Notes: generated from the letters alone by a model not told the origin. Positions 13,221-26,610 are shown, numbered from the stretch's first letter. The stretch: DNA of 64,000 nt from Octopus sinensis (GCF_006345805.1 NC_043010.1:26784001-26848000); one strand, 5' to 3'. Translations and numbers: made by a program.

Positions 13221-14478
13221 ACTAACTGGGAAGATAGGTTTTTGTATGTGGCAGATGCTCAGGAGCAATAAACACTGAATATGTGCAGAGAACAACTTCC
13301 GCCTCATTCCAGAGAGAAAAACTAGAAGTAGTTGATAGCTTCCATTACCTAGGTGACCAAGTCAGTAGCAGGGGAGGGTGCTCTGAAAGTGTAACTGCTA
13401 GAATAAGAATAGCCTGGGCAAAGTTGAGAGAGCTTTTACCTCTGCTGGTGACAAAGGGCCTCTCTCTCAGAGTAAAAGGTAGCCTGTATGACGCATGTGT
13501 ACGAACAGCCATGCTACATGGCAGTGAAACATGGGCTGTGACTGCTGAGGACATGCGTAAGCTCGCAAGGAACAAAGCCAGTATGATTCGCTGGATATGT
13601 AATGTCAGTGTGTATACTCGACAGAGTGTAAGTACCTTTACAGAAAGTTAAACTTAAGAAGCATCAGATGTGGTGTATGAGAGAGACGCCTGCACTGGTA
13701 TGGTCATGTGGAGAGAATGGAGGAGGATGGCTGTGTGGAAAAGTGCCACACACTAGCTGTTGAGGGAACCTGTGGAAGAGGTAGACCCAGGAAAACCTGG
13801 GATGAAGTGGTGAAGCATGTCCTTCGAACATTAGGCCTCACCAAGGCAATGACTATTGACCGAGACCTTTGGAAATATACTCTGCTTGAGAAGACCTGGC
13901 AAGCCAAGTGAGACCATAACCCGTGACCTATGCCAGGGGTGTAACCAGCCCACTTATGCATGTCTTTCCTTCATTGGACACTAAACTCTACTTGCAAAGA
14001 CCTTGTTGAGGCAAGTGAAATCAAAATCAAATTCGATGACTGGCATCCATGCTAGTAGAGCGCTAAGAGCACCATCCGAGCGTAATTGTTGCCAGAGCAG
14101 CAAACTGGCTTCCGTGCTAGTGGCACATAAAAAGCACCATTCGAGTGTGATCGTTACCATCATCACCTTACTGGCACTTGTGAAAAAATATTCAAGCAAG
14201 GTCATTGCCAGTGTCACTGGACTGGATCCTGTGCAGGTGGCACGTGAAAAACACCATTTGAGCATGGCCGTTTCCAGTACCACCTGACTGGACCTCATGC
14301 CAGTGGCATGTAAAATTACCCACTACACTCACGAAGTGGTTGGCATTAGGAAGGGTATCCAGCTGTAGAAACTCTGCCGGATCAGTTTGGAGCCTGGTGC
14401 AGCCATGTAGTTTGCCAGTCCCCAGTCAAATCGTCTAACCCATGCCAGCATGGAAAGCTGATGTTAAATGATGATAAT
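13221..14478 (+). mobile_element. RTE LINE 5'-truncated copy (RT C-terminus plus 3' UTR)
   Basis: ORFs 13283-13651 (EKLEVVDSFHYLGDQV) and 13708-13911 (GRGRPRKTWDEVV) match 37450-38141; 3' UTR repeats and tail present. Confidence 0.95.
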
Positions 14479-14497
14479 TATATATATATATATATAA

Positions 14498-14534
<37 letters not shown>

Positions 14535-15461
14535 AAATTTAGAGGATTGATCACTAAAAGTGGACAGCCTGTATGCTAGATATAGACGTCAAAATCGCCA
14601 TTTTCCACGGAGAATGTGTTCTCAAGAAAACACATTCTCGAGAACACATTATTTTATCAACTCAGAAAGGATGAAAAGTAAAGTCAACCTCAGTAGAACT
14701 TGAACTTAGAACATAAGGATGGACAAAATAACAAAAGTTAATATGAAAATATGTCTTGCAAACAACTTGCACATGCAAGTGCTCCCAGTCAAAAACTCCG
14801 CATACCAGAAGCCAGCAAGTGTATGGGGTCATCAGGAGAGAAGGCACGCCATGTCAGTGTCTACCTCTCGACGGCATCACTGCACACTGGCCCCCCTCAG
14901 TGATATGAGGCCCAGCTTGCTAGATCAACTGGTTATCAAATAAAGCTCATTATTTCTCTAGCCATTGCTCATCGTCTGTTTTTAACCCAATCCAGTGGCT
15001 AGCCTTCTCCACTGTAGTTTGGATATCGGTCATGGTGGTATTCCCATTACAATGAGTTAGGCCTAACGATAACAACAGTCGTCTCACGCTGTTTCATGAC
15101 TAAACTTAATATGAAAAGTTATGGATGGCCACAGATCTCCTCTACAGCACAATACCTGTTCCTAGTATGTTGTCTTGGCTACATAAGTCTCCTTCCCTTT
15201 TTTTAAAGTGTTAAGGTGTGATTGGAGGAAGGCTTAACTGTCATTTCCATCTTGTAGGTCTAGCAATGGTGGTGTAATAGTGCTAAAACTGGCAATTTGT
15301 TGTTAATGACAGTGACAAAGATGATAAGGGTGATGATAACAAGGAGAAAGAAAGAGGGAAGATGGTCAGGAATGTAGGGCAAATTTTCATTGTTCATGAT
15401 AGAAAAGGATGTGGAGGTGGGATCCCTGAGAAGAATAAAAATTGACAACCTCCCTAAACAA

Positions 15462-15604
<143 letters not shown>

Positions 15605-16025
15605 ATGTATGTATATGTATAGAATATGTGGATTATCTTAATTCTGTAACAAATTCTGAATATTTGATAAGATTAAAAAGATTAACAGGGGACTAAAGAA
15701 AGTGGGAAGGCAGAGAAGAGTTGGGGGGGGAGGCGAAAAACTGGTCAAACAAGAACCTCTTTCTCTGTATTCTACTCCATACGATGAATCAATAAATAAA
15801 TAAATCTAGAGATTGAACAATTTATACAGAAGTTTGAGGAGGAGGAGGAGGAAATAGACGTGGTAGGGGTATTGCAGTAAAGAGATAATCCAGCTAAGCT
15901 TGTTGGATAAAGTAGTGGATTTAAGAATTTAGGATAGTTGACACTTTCCACTTGCAGTGTCATATTTTAAACAGGCAAAAATAAAAGTAAAACATATATA
16001 TGTGTGTGTATGTATATATATAGAC

Positions 16026-16204
16026 ACAGGTGCAACCGTGTGGTAAGAAGCTTGCTTGCCAACCATATGTTGCCAGGTTCAGTCCCACTGTATGGCACCT
16101 TTGGCAAGTGCCTTTAACAACAGCCTCAGTCTGATGAAAACTCTATGAATGAATTTAGTAGACAGAAACTGAAAGAAGTTCGTTGTGTGTATGTATATAC
16201 TAGC
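16026..16204 (+). mobile_element. SINE family 1, 5' part
   Basis: gtgtggtaagaagcttgcttgccaaccat...aggttcagtcccactg...ggcaagtg. Confidence 0.75.
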
Positions 16205-16224
16205 TCGTTGTGTGTATGTATATA

Positions 16225-17097
16225 CTAGCTGACGTACCTGGGAAGACCTTGGTTCCGTTCTCATAATTGTTTTGCTAATCCAGTAACAACAATACAAGGT
16301 ATGTAGCCCTTAAAACGGTTTTTGTGTATTTATTGAGAATACTGAACTGTCTTGAACAGGATCTTGTTTTTCGGAATTCCCAGTAAGTTATGAATACCCA
16401 AATTGTTAAGTCAGTTATGTAATAACATGAAATTAGTTACCTGATAGTAAGAATTCAAATAAAGTTGCCTTGAAAAGAGCTTTAATGCGTTCCCAGAGTA
16501 TATAGAACTTAGGAGGAAATACTAATAATGTATGAATACTAAAATCGTAAATCATGTTACGTAATAACAGGCTAATCAGATATGAGATAATAACAATTCA
16601 AAGTAAGTAATTCTGAAAAGGGCTTTTGCGCATTCCCAGAGAATTTTACCCTCAGCAGTGCTAGTGTTGGTATATTCGTGAATAAGTCACTAACCGAAAT
16701 AAGTGGATCTATTGTTTAGGAAAATACTATTTACTTGTTTAAGAGTTGTACTGGATAAATTGTGAAAATAACTAACAGTTCAAATACTAAGAAATAAGCG
16801 TACTCAATTTGATTTATACCAAATAATTTAGGAAATTGAATGGGTTATATCTCTTGGCTATATATGAGGATCCCTTCCAGGGGCGAATAGGTTATTTCCC
16901 TTGGCTGTTAGATATTTATAAGGATCCCTTCCAGGAGCCCTATTATCAATTTCTTCCACAATCTGAGTATGCCATAAGGTTTCCAGACATGAGTTCTACT
17001 CATGTGTCAAGTTTCATTGAAATCAATACAATGATGTAGGAGGAGTTAGCTAATAACTCCACAAACACACCCACAGACAGAATTTTCTACATATGTG

Positions 17098-17100
<3 letters not shown>
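16225..17100 (-). mobile_element. Helitron-like non-autonomous element
   Basis: Minus-strand 3' end ...GTCAGCTAG|T with a weak subterminal hairpin; internal short repeats; aagtttcattgaaatc...acaaacacacccacagacag block near the other end; 5' TC not clearly seen. Confidence 0.5.
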
Positions 17101-17167
<67 letters not shown>

Positions 17168-17174
17168 TATAAGT

Positions 17175-17528
17175 GCAGGAGTGGCTGTGTGGTAAGTAGC
17201 TTGCTTATCAACGACATGGTTCCGGGTTCAGTCCCACTGTGTGACATGTTGGGCAAGTGTCATTTACTATAGCCTTGCACCGACCAAAGCCTTGTGAGTG
17301 GATTTCGTAGACAAAAGAAGACTGTCATATATATGTATATATATATGTGTGTGTGTGTGTTTGTGTGTCCATGTTTGTCCCCCCAATATCGCTTGACAAC
17401 CGATGCTGGTGTGGTTATGTCCCTGTAACTTAGTGGTTTGACAAAAGTGACCGATAGAATAAGTCCTGGGGATGATTTGCTCGACTAAAGGTGGTGCTCC
17501 AGCAAAGCCACAGTCAAATGACTGAAAT
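17175..17528 (+). mobile_element. SINE family 1, near full length
   Basis: tRNA-like head (tggctgtgtgg A box; gggttcagtccc B box), core, internal (TA/TG)n, 3' ...cagtcaaatgactgaaa. Confidence 0.85.
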
Positions 17529-18419
17529 ATATATATATATATATATATATATAGTTCTTGGAGTAAAGTTAACACACTTAGTCACATTAACAAAGGGATG
17601 TGGGTTCAAGTCCCATGTGAATAGGAAAACCTTTTTTTTCTATTGAGGGCTTATAGGCCCCTTTGTTAGACTATTTTGCTTAGTCATTGCACGGTGATCG
17701 CCATAAGCTTTAAGCTTATATAACAATACCGTTAATATTTACATGATTGTAAAACACAATGCCATATAAAAAAAAACATTCACACACATACACATATCTA
17801 TATATATATATAGAGAGAGAGCAGAGTGATTGAAGCATTAAGGAAGAAACTAGAGGGGGAGAGAGAAAGAGGGAAAGGTTCAAAGGAGATAACAGAGGAA
17901 AGTAGAGAGATTAAAGAAAGAGAATGCCAAATAAAGTAAGAGAGGGAGAGCAAGAAAAGAAAAATGGAAAGAAAGAGAATGTCAAGAAAATAAGAGAGAG
18001 GGGCGAGAGAAAGAAAAGAGGAAAGAAAGAGGAAAGTTATACAGAATTTAGAGATATACTTGCTTACAAGTTCAGCAGAAAGTGTATGTACACTGCTATA
18101 TGTATATATAAATCCAAAAAATGGAACAAGAACGTAATGGACAACAATAAAAACATACAGACAGATGGATGATAGAAAGACGGACAGGAAAACCAGGATG
18201 GAACATTCATGACTTTCTATTCATCAGTCAAGCTTCCAATCATCATTACAGTTTCGGCCTGTTACACTTGAGAATGTTCAAAATTGGTAAGCCCCAAAAA
18301 TCTAAGCTAAGGGCATTAAATTTTTGGAAGAAAGTGAGCAAATATGTGCGACAAAGACAAAAAATGAGCAAATGGAGAAAATTATATATATATGTATATA
18401 TATATACACATATTTATAT

Positions 18420-18661
18420 ATCATCATCATCATCGTTTAATGTCCGTTTTCCGTGCTAGCATGGGTTGGATGGTTCGACCAGGGACTGGGAAGCCAGGAG
18501 GCTGCACCAGGCTCCAGTCTGATCTGGCAGTGTTTCTACAGCTGGATGCCCTTCCTAACGCCAACCACTCTGTGAGTGTAGTGGGTGTTTTTTATGTGCC
18601 AGAGGAAGCTGACAGCGCACACAATCAGTTGGTGCTTTTTACATGCCACCAGCACAGGTAT

Positions 18662-18662
<1 letters not shown>
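18420..18662 (-). mobile_element. RTE LINE 3' end
   Basis: catcatcatcatcgtttaatgtccgttttccgtgctagcatggg terminus. Confidence 0.85.
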
Positions 18663-18700
<38 letters not shown>

Positions 18701-19326
18701 TTTATTTGAAATTCTGCTTTTAAATAAAGCATATTACTCTACCTCTGGTATTTGAGTAATTTTTTTTCCACCTTTTTTTGCATTTATGTGCTTACTCTTG
18801 TGTATATATATGTATGTCATCATCATCATTATCGTTTTACATCCGTTTTCCGTGCTAGCACAGGTTGGACGGTTCAACCAGGGTCTGGGAAGCCAGGAGG
18901 CTGCACCAGGCTAACGGGTTTCTTTTAGTTTCCGTCCACCAAATCCACTCACAAGGTGCAATGCTGTAGAACAGAACCTGGAACCATGTGGTTGTAATGC
19001 AAGCTTCTTACCACACAGCCAAATCAAGAGGAGTGTGAAGATTCATTCACATCTAAAATTGTTTTATTGAAATGTTTTCTACCACATACATAACAATGGC
19101 ATTCATATGTTTTGACTGCAGCAACTGCACATTGCTCTGCATGCAATTATGCATCCTAGTCACTGCAATTTCATAAAGGATCCATCACTTACAACATCTT
19201 CAAAATGAACTAATTCAAACAAGCTTCTTGCATTGGTATTCAGTTGGAGATGATAGCTTTACTTCTTAAATCTAATGGAATTTTGATGTTATAATCACCT
19301 CTACTGGTATTGCAGTTGAAGCTTCC

Positions 19327-19383
<57 letters not shown>

Positions 19384-19457
19384 TTGGAAATGGATGTGTG
19401 ACGTTCAATTAAATGATAATATAAATAATATATATATATATGTATATGCATATATGA

Positions 19458-19724
19458 GTACAGGATGTCACCAACAGTACACAACATGAAATACGAAAAC
19501 AAATGAGTTAAATATGCAAATAATGAGAGAAAATAATGAAAGACTCATATTGTTGTTGATTGCTCAAAATGGGGAGTAGACAGACAGCTGACAACTGATG
19601 AAGGGTCGTTTTTTGTTTTCGTTGTAATACTTGTCTTGTTTTCCATTTTTCTGTCTCGTTATTTGCATATTGAACTCATTTGTTTTCGTATTTCATGTTG
19701 TTTACTGTTGGTGAGGTCCTGTAC
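19458..19724. repeat. ~76-bp inverted arms around a CTGATGA-containing spacer
   Basis: 19458-19533 vs 19647-19724; CTGATGA at 19595-19601. Confidence 0.85.
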
Positions 19725-19765
19725 CCATATATGCATAAGGAAAATTAACCGAGAAGATAGCTTTC

Positions 19766-20783
19766 GTAGTTGATAGCTTCCACTACAAGTTAGTAGTGGA
19801 AGTGGGTGCTCAGCGAGTGTCACCACTAGAATACGAATAGCTTGGGCAAAGTTTAGAAAACTTCTACTCCTACTGGTGACAAAGGGTCTCTCACTTAGAG
19901 TGAAAGGTAGATTGTACAACGCATGTGTGCGAACTGCCATGCTTCACGGTAGTGAAACATAGGCTTTGACTGCAGAGGACATGCGTAGGCTTGAAAGAAA
20001 TGAAGCTAGCATAATCTGCTGGATGTGTAATGTCAGTGTGCACACATGACAGAGTGTAAGCACCCTGAGAGAAATGCTGGACATACGAAGCATTGGATGT
20101 TACATGCAAGAGAGACGTTTGCACTGGTATGGTCATGTACTGTGGATGGATGAGGAGCAATGTGTGAAAATGTGTCACTCCCAAACAGTTAAAGGAATCT
20201 GGAGTAGAGGTAGACCCAGGAAGACATGGGATGAGGTAGTCAAGCATGGCCTTGGGCGTCACAGAGGCAATGACAAAAGACCAAGATCTCTGGAGTTATG
20301 CTGTGACTGCGAAGACCCGACAAATAACGTGAGTTCACGGCTGTTTCCTGCACCAGCTTCACATAGAAGCCCCAGCCCATCCAAAGTGCCTTGGATCGCA
20401 GAACAGCCTGCTGTGCTTACCTTGGACCATAGGGCAACATGCTGTGCTTGAGGAGACCTATTGAGTCAAGTACATCAACATCAAAATAAATATCAAATGG
20501 AAATTGTAGATGTGATACCTGTGCCAGTGGCACGTAAAAAGCACTGTCTGAACATGGCCAATGCCAGCGCTGCCTTGACTGGCTTCTGTGCTGGTGGCAC
20601 GTAAAAAGCACCAACCGATCGTGGCCATTGCCAGCCTCCCCTGGCACCTGTGCCAGTGGCACATAAAAAGCACCCACTACACTCACAGAGTGGTTGGCAT
20701 TAGGAAGGGCATCCAGCTGTAGAACCATCCAACGCATGCTAGCATGGAAAACAGATGTAAACGATGATGATGATGATGATGAT
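19766..20783 (+). mobile_element. RTE LINE 5'-truncated copy
   Basis: ORF 20074-20451 (ERRLHWYGHV...SRGRPRKTWDEVV), 3' UTR repeats, (GAT)n tail. Confidence 0.9.
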
Positions 20784-20841
20784 ATATAAAATATATAGTT
20801 ATTATGATATATTACATACATGTATCTGTCTATCAAGGCAT

Positions 20842-20993
20842 GGCTGTGTGGTAAGAAGCTTGCTTCCCAACCGCATGGTTCTGGGTTAAGTCCCACTACA
20901 TGACACCTTTGACAACAGTCTTCTACTCTAGCCTCAGGCTGACTAAAGCCTTGTGAGTGGATTTGGTTGATGGAAACTAAATGAATCCTATTG

Positions 20994-21000
<7 letters not shown>
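20842..21000 (+). mobile_element. SINE family 1, 5' part
   Basis: ggcatggctgtgtggtaagaagcttgc...gggttaagtccc...aaagccttgtgagtggattt. Confidence 0.75.
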
Positions 21001-21043
<43 letters not shown>

Positions 21044-21047
21044 TGTA

Positions 21048-22320
21048 TGAGGGACGTTCAATAAGTAATGCCTCTGACCCACTTGCAGTTGTTTGATTGC
21101 ATGTGCAATCATTTATATCTCTATAGAGTAAGTGGCAAATTACAGCTCTGAATTAATTGTGGTTTCTGATTTACAGGTGTTTGAACCGAGTCAAGTGTGA
21201 AATGGAGCCTGTTGAGTGTCGAGCAGTGATCCGGTTTTTGTATTTGAAAGGACGCACACCACGGGAGACTTTTGATGAAATGAAAGTAACTTATGGTGAT
21301 GATGCCCCATCATATGACCTTGTAAAACGCTGGCATCGTGAATTCAAACATGGTCGGAACTCTGTGGAAACAGCTCCCAGTTCTGGTCGCCACCTTCTGC
21401 CATTGATGAGGCATCTGTCCGTCAAGTTGAGGCTGCCATTTTGGAAGATCAACGCATAACTATTCGCCAAATAGCCCATGAGGTCAAGATTAGTACCGGG
21501 TCTGTGGAAACTATCATTCATGACCATTTGCATATGCAAAAGGTGTCTGCCAGATGGATTCCCAGGTTGCTCACACCTTTCCAGAAGCAAGAACGCGTCG
21601 AGTGCTCGAAGGTGAATTTGGAGATGTGCCAAGAAGATGAGTCAAAATTTTTCAAAAGACTGATTACACAGGATGAAACCTGGGTCCATCACGATGATCC
21701 AGAGACCAAAGCCCAGTCAATGCAGTGGAAGCACCGTGACTCACCCCCTCCAAAGAAGGCAATGGTGCAGCCCTCCACTGGCAAGGTCATGCTCACAGTC
21801 TTCTGGGACCAGGACGGAGTAGTGATGACAGATTTCCTGGCAAAGGGTACCACAATTGCAGGAGCCTATTATGCTTCACTTTTGAGGAAATTAAGAGAAG
21901 TTACCAAAATCAAGAGGCGGGGCAAGATCAGCAAAGGCATCCGCCTCCTGCAGGACAACGCTCCGGTCCACAACTCGCTTGTCGCCAGATCAGAAGCACA
22001 GGCATATGGCTATGAACTCCTCCCCCATCCCCCTACTTTCCTGACCTTGCACCCTCTGATTTTCACCTCTTCCCAGTCATGAAGTTGTTTTTGAAAGGAA
22101 AGTGTTTCCCAGATGATGCAGATTTCTGAAGTCGCGTTCAGGTTGGAGGACGAAGCTGGGGTCTTCTACAAAAACAGTCTCCAGAGCTGCATCAAACAAT
22201 GGGAGAAATGCGTAACTCTGGGTGGTTCCTATGTAGAAAAAGACTAATAACTGTGCCAAGTTTCGTTGCTCTACTGTTATGGGAAGTGGGTCAGAGGCAT
22301 TACTTATTGAACGCCCCTCG
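21048..22320 (+). mobile_element. mariner (DD34D) transposon, full length (1273 bp)
   Basis: 37-bp TIRs (35/37 identical) 21048-21084 and 22284-22320, TA flanks at 21046-47 and 22321-22. Confidence 0.97.
21202..22247 (+). pseudogene. mariner transposase, frameshifted
   Basis: MEPVECRAVIRFLYLKG, WIPRLLT, ITQDETWV, LLQDNAP, HPPYFPDLAPSD (after restoring 1 nt), WEKCVTLGGSYVEKD*; 34 residues between the 2nd and 3rd D. Confidence 0.95.
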
Positions 22321-22981
22321 TATGTATATATATCTATGTATGTATATCTTTGTGTCTGTATTTGTCAAACCACCCCTACAACTTGACAACCAGTGTTGGT
22401 ATGTTTGTGTCCCAGTAATTTAGCAGTTTGATAAAAGGGGCTGACAGAATAGGTACCAGGCTTAAAAAAGAAGTACTGGGAACAATTCATTAATTTCACT
22501 AAAAATTCAAGATGGTGCCCCAGATAAAAGATATATATTTAATATACTATATATATAATTTAATATATATAGAATAACAATAATATACATATAGAATATG
22601 TGTGATATATCTATATTATAAGAAAGAAAGCTTCTTATTAATTAGTTTTTACTATGTAACTTTCACTAAAAGAAAGCAATTATTAAAATCTGCAGTGTCT
22701 AGAAAACTCTTATAAATTCCAATTTTAATACTTTTTTTTTTCTTAAAATCAAAATGAGGTTTTCAAGATATTCTTATTGTTGAAGATTTCAAGTACGTGC
22801 TTCAATCACAGAACAAATTTCTACTCACTATAACATTTTGATTTACTGTGAGATAGTATTTTCTAACATCCCCCTTTATACTTCTGGAAATATAAAATTC
22901 ACCCAAATATTTGCAATGCTACTTTCTATAAACTATAAGTTCAATCCAGCCTCAGCTAAATTATGCTGATTCCAGATAAGT

Positions 22982-23205
22982 ATCCTCATCTTGTTTGTTG
23001 TTATTACAATGTTTTGGCTGATGTACTCTCATGCCTTCATCAGGTGTTCTGCTGGAATTTCAAACCCAAACCCTTTATTTGACTAGTGGGGTACTCTGTT
23101 CTCATTCCTAAGGTATGTTTTTGCTGATGTTATAACAACAAACAAGATGAGGACACCTATCCATCTATTGTAAATAATGTACATAATTCTTCATCTCAAA
23201 AATAT
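22982..23205 (-). mobile_element. Family B hammerhead-bearing element, head truncated, with inverted tail copy
   Basis: Minus-strand CAC-CTGATGA-A-GGC...GCC-aAA-ACAT-T-GTA at 23046-23005; body matches 44985-45120; inverted tail at 23131-23205. Confidence 0.7.
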
Positions 23206-23888
23206 AGAATAATGATTCCAGTCTGTTTTGATATTTCTTGTATTTCGTTGAAGACTGAGAAAGCTGAATAAGAAAAAATGGTTTGAATTTACTTATTTCA
23301 ATTGGGCATAATTACAGAAAAGCCTCCCACCACAACATTGTTTCCTCATAACTTTCTGAAAAATGAATAAATAGCTAATATTTATATAAGATTATATTTC
23401 TTTACATTTGATGTTTAAATCATTTTGGGATCAAATATATTGTTGACCCTTCTGGGTGTTGTTGAAATAAATTAGTCACAATAGGGATCAGCTTGGCTGA
23501 GTGATTAAGAACTTTGCTTCTCAAGTACATGGTCATAGGTTCAGTCTCTGTCTGCATTACACCTTGGATAAGTGTCTTCCACTATAGCTCAGGCCAACCA
23601 AAGCCTTGTGGAAACAGAAAGAAGCCTGTTATATACATGACCAAGATTTATAAAAGTGTGTTCTGCTAAGTGGGAAGAAATATCAAAGACAAAGTAATTT
23701 TTATGCTTTGTATTTCATTCCCTCCTATCAGCCTGCTTTTCAATGATAGCATCATTTTTGCTCTTTTCGAGGCTTCAGGATTTCACCATGACCCTGACAT
23801 GGTGGCTAATGGGTGCTATACCTTGCTAAAGGAGATCCATGGTTCTTTTCCTGGGTTGCTTATTGAACATTTACAGTTAACATATAAA

Positions 23889-24107
23889 CGAGGGTATGCT
23901 GGAAAGTTCCTGGCTTTGGTTAAAAGAAAATACAGGAGTTTTAGCAGTTAATTATGATTTTATTCAAATATTCCCCTCTAAGATTCACACACTTTTTGCA
24001 GTGGTCCTTCAGTTTTTCTAAGCCCTGCAAAAGAACTCTGAAGGTTGGGCCTTCCGCCAGGCCTTTCACAATACCCTTAAAGCCAGGAACTTTTCAGCAC
24101 CCCTTCA
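23889..24107. mobile_element. mariner-derived MITE / internal deletion derivative (219 bp)
   Basis: 29-bp TIRs cgagggtatgctggaaagttcctggcttt / aaagccaggaacttttcagcaccccttca, TA on the right; minus-strand remnant LRKLKDHCKKCVNLRGEY. Confidence 0.85.
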
Positions 24108-25271
24108 TATCCAAAACAGCAATAACAAAAAACAAAACTAACTATTTATTTTATTGACTTCAGAAGAAATAAAATGCAAAATTAACTTGGATAGGATTTT
24201 AAGTTCAGAATAAAAAATGACATCATAAATATCCGTAAAACATTTTGTCCATCTTTCTTTGCTTATTCTTCTGTTCAGCAGCCACTTTCTTCTGCTGTGT
24301 GGTACCATTCTTTCCTTGATATAGCTTGATTAGAATTTCGTCAAAATAACAAAATGAATTCTTAATATGTTTACTATTTCAGAAATGTTTTCACAGTCCT
24401 GGATTAATTTAAAATCCATGTTTAATTCTTATTCATTATCTGATAACTAATCTTCAGATTTATTCTCAATCATTTATAGCATGGATAATGAAATCTTTAA
24501 TCTGGAGATTAATTTAGAACATCTTAGATATGTATTATCTTCGGCATGTGCATGTGTGTGTGTGTGTGTGTGCGTATGTCTGTATCTGTATGTATGTTTG
24601 TGTAAGTGTATATGTACATGTATGTGTGAGAGAGAGAGAATGATTGCCTTATGCAGAAATGCACACACGCACATATATGTGTGGGGGGGGGGTATGTATG
24701 TTTGTGTATGTGTGAGGGAGAGAAACAGAATGCTTGTGCATAAATGCTCATATACACATATATATATATATGTATATGCATGAGTGCATGTATTTGCATG
24801 TATGTGTCCATGTGTGTATGTATGTCTGCATATGCATTTGTGTTTGTGTGTGTGTGTGTAATTAAATACTCTAATGATGTACTGATGAATTGAAACACTT
24901 GTACAACTGTAAGGTATTTCAAATTTAATATAATTTAGTATTTAATATAAATAAATATACACTGTAGATGCAGGGCAGAGGATGGGTGTGCAGTGAAGAC
25001 GTTCACTTCCCAACCACATGTTTTCAGGTTCAGTTCCACTAGGTGGCACTTTGTGCAAGTGTTTTCTATGCATTATGCCTCTGTGCATTCTGGAAAGTGG
25101 TTACTATAGGCACTAGGCCTGAAATTTAGGAGTGGGGCTAGTCAATTATATCGACTCCAGTACGCCACTGGTACTTCTTTTATTGACCCTAAAAGGATGA
25201 AAAGCAAAGATGACCTCAGTGGAATTTGAACTTAGAACGTAATGACAGACAAAATTCCGCTAAGCAAGCAT

Positions 25272-25640
25272 AGGCATGGCTGTGTGGTAAGTAGCTTACT
25301 TACAAACCACATGGTTCCGGGTTCAGCCTCGGGTCAACCAAAGCCCTGTGAGTGGATTTGGTAGATGGTAACTGAAAGAAGTTTGTCATATATATGTATA
25401 CGTATATATATATATATGTATATATATGTACGTATGTATGTGTATATGTTTGTGTGTCTGTGTTTGTCCCCCCAACATCGCTTGACAACCAATGCTGGTG
25501 TGTTTACATTCCCGTAACTTAGCGGTTCGGCAAAAGAGACAAATAGAATAAGTACTAGGCTTACAAAGAATAAGTCCTGGGGTCGATTTGCTTGACTAAA
25601 GGCAGTGCTCCAGCATGGCCACAGTCACACGACTGAAACA
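25272..25640 (+). mobile_element. SINE family 1
   Basis: Head, (TA/TG)n, 3' cacgactgaaacaagtaaaaaagtaaaagag tail. Confidence 0.85.
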
Positions 25641-26182
25641 AGTAAAAAAGTAAAAGAGTAAGCATTTTACCCAGCACAATAACAATTCTGCTAGCTCACA
25701 GCTTTAATAATGATCCTTTCTTTTACAGGTCAAGGCCTGAAATTTGTGGGGAGTAGTTAAGTCAAATTACATCAACCCCGTATGCCACTGGTATTTATTT
25801 TATTGACCCTGAAAGGATGAAAGGCAAAGTTGACCTCGGTAGAATTTGAACCTAGAACGTAATGACAGACAAAATGCTGCTAAGCAATTTTCCCAGCACG
25901 ATAACGATTCTATCAGCTCACTGCCTTAATAATAATAATAAGAAGAAGAATTCTTTCTACTACTGTTACGAGGTCTCGAATTTTGGGGTGAGGCTTGTCG
26001 ATTATATCAATCCTGGTGCTCTGCTGGCACTTATTTTATTAACTCTGAAAGAATTAATGGTACAGTCAACTTTGGTGGAATTTGGGCTCAGAATATGAAG
26101 CGCCAAAAGAAATGCTACAGAGCAATTTGTTTGGGAAGGTTAACAATTCTTCCAATTCACCAACTCAATAATAATAATAATG

Positions 26183-26226
<44 letters not shown>

Positions 26227-26227
26227 G

Positions 26228-26264
<37 letters not shown>

Positions 26265-26266
<2 letters not shown>

Positions 26267-26610
26267 CATCATCATCATCATTGTTGTTCAATGTTAGCTT
26301 TCCATGCTGGCATGGGTTGGACGGTTTGACTGAAGGCTGGCAAGTCAGGAGGCTGCACCAGGCTCCAATCTGATCTGGCAAAGTTTCTACAGATGGATGC
26401 CCTTCCTAACACCAACCTCTCTGAGAGTGTAGTGGGTGCTTTTTACATTCTACCAGAATGAGGGCCAGTCAGGCGGCACTGGCATCGACCATGCTTGAAT
26501 GGTGCTATTTATGTGCCACTGGCACAGGAGCCTGTCAGGCAGCACTGGCAACAATCATGCTCAAATGGTACTTTTTATGTGCCACCAGCACTGGCATTGA
26601 CTATGCTAGA
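26265..26610 (-). mobile_element. RTE LINE 3' end with hairpin repeats
   Basis: (CAT)n plus tttccatgctggcatgggttggacgg terminus and repeat units. Confidence 0.85.

Noticed and set aside
23670-23951. 93-aa ORF with a plausible upstream acceptor
   Set aside because: No recognisable domain or donor; its 3' part runs into a mariner MITE
24240-24540. Short coding-looking stretches on both strands (e.g. MDNEIFNLEINLEHLRY)
   Set aside because: No consistent frame, splice pair or homology I can support
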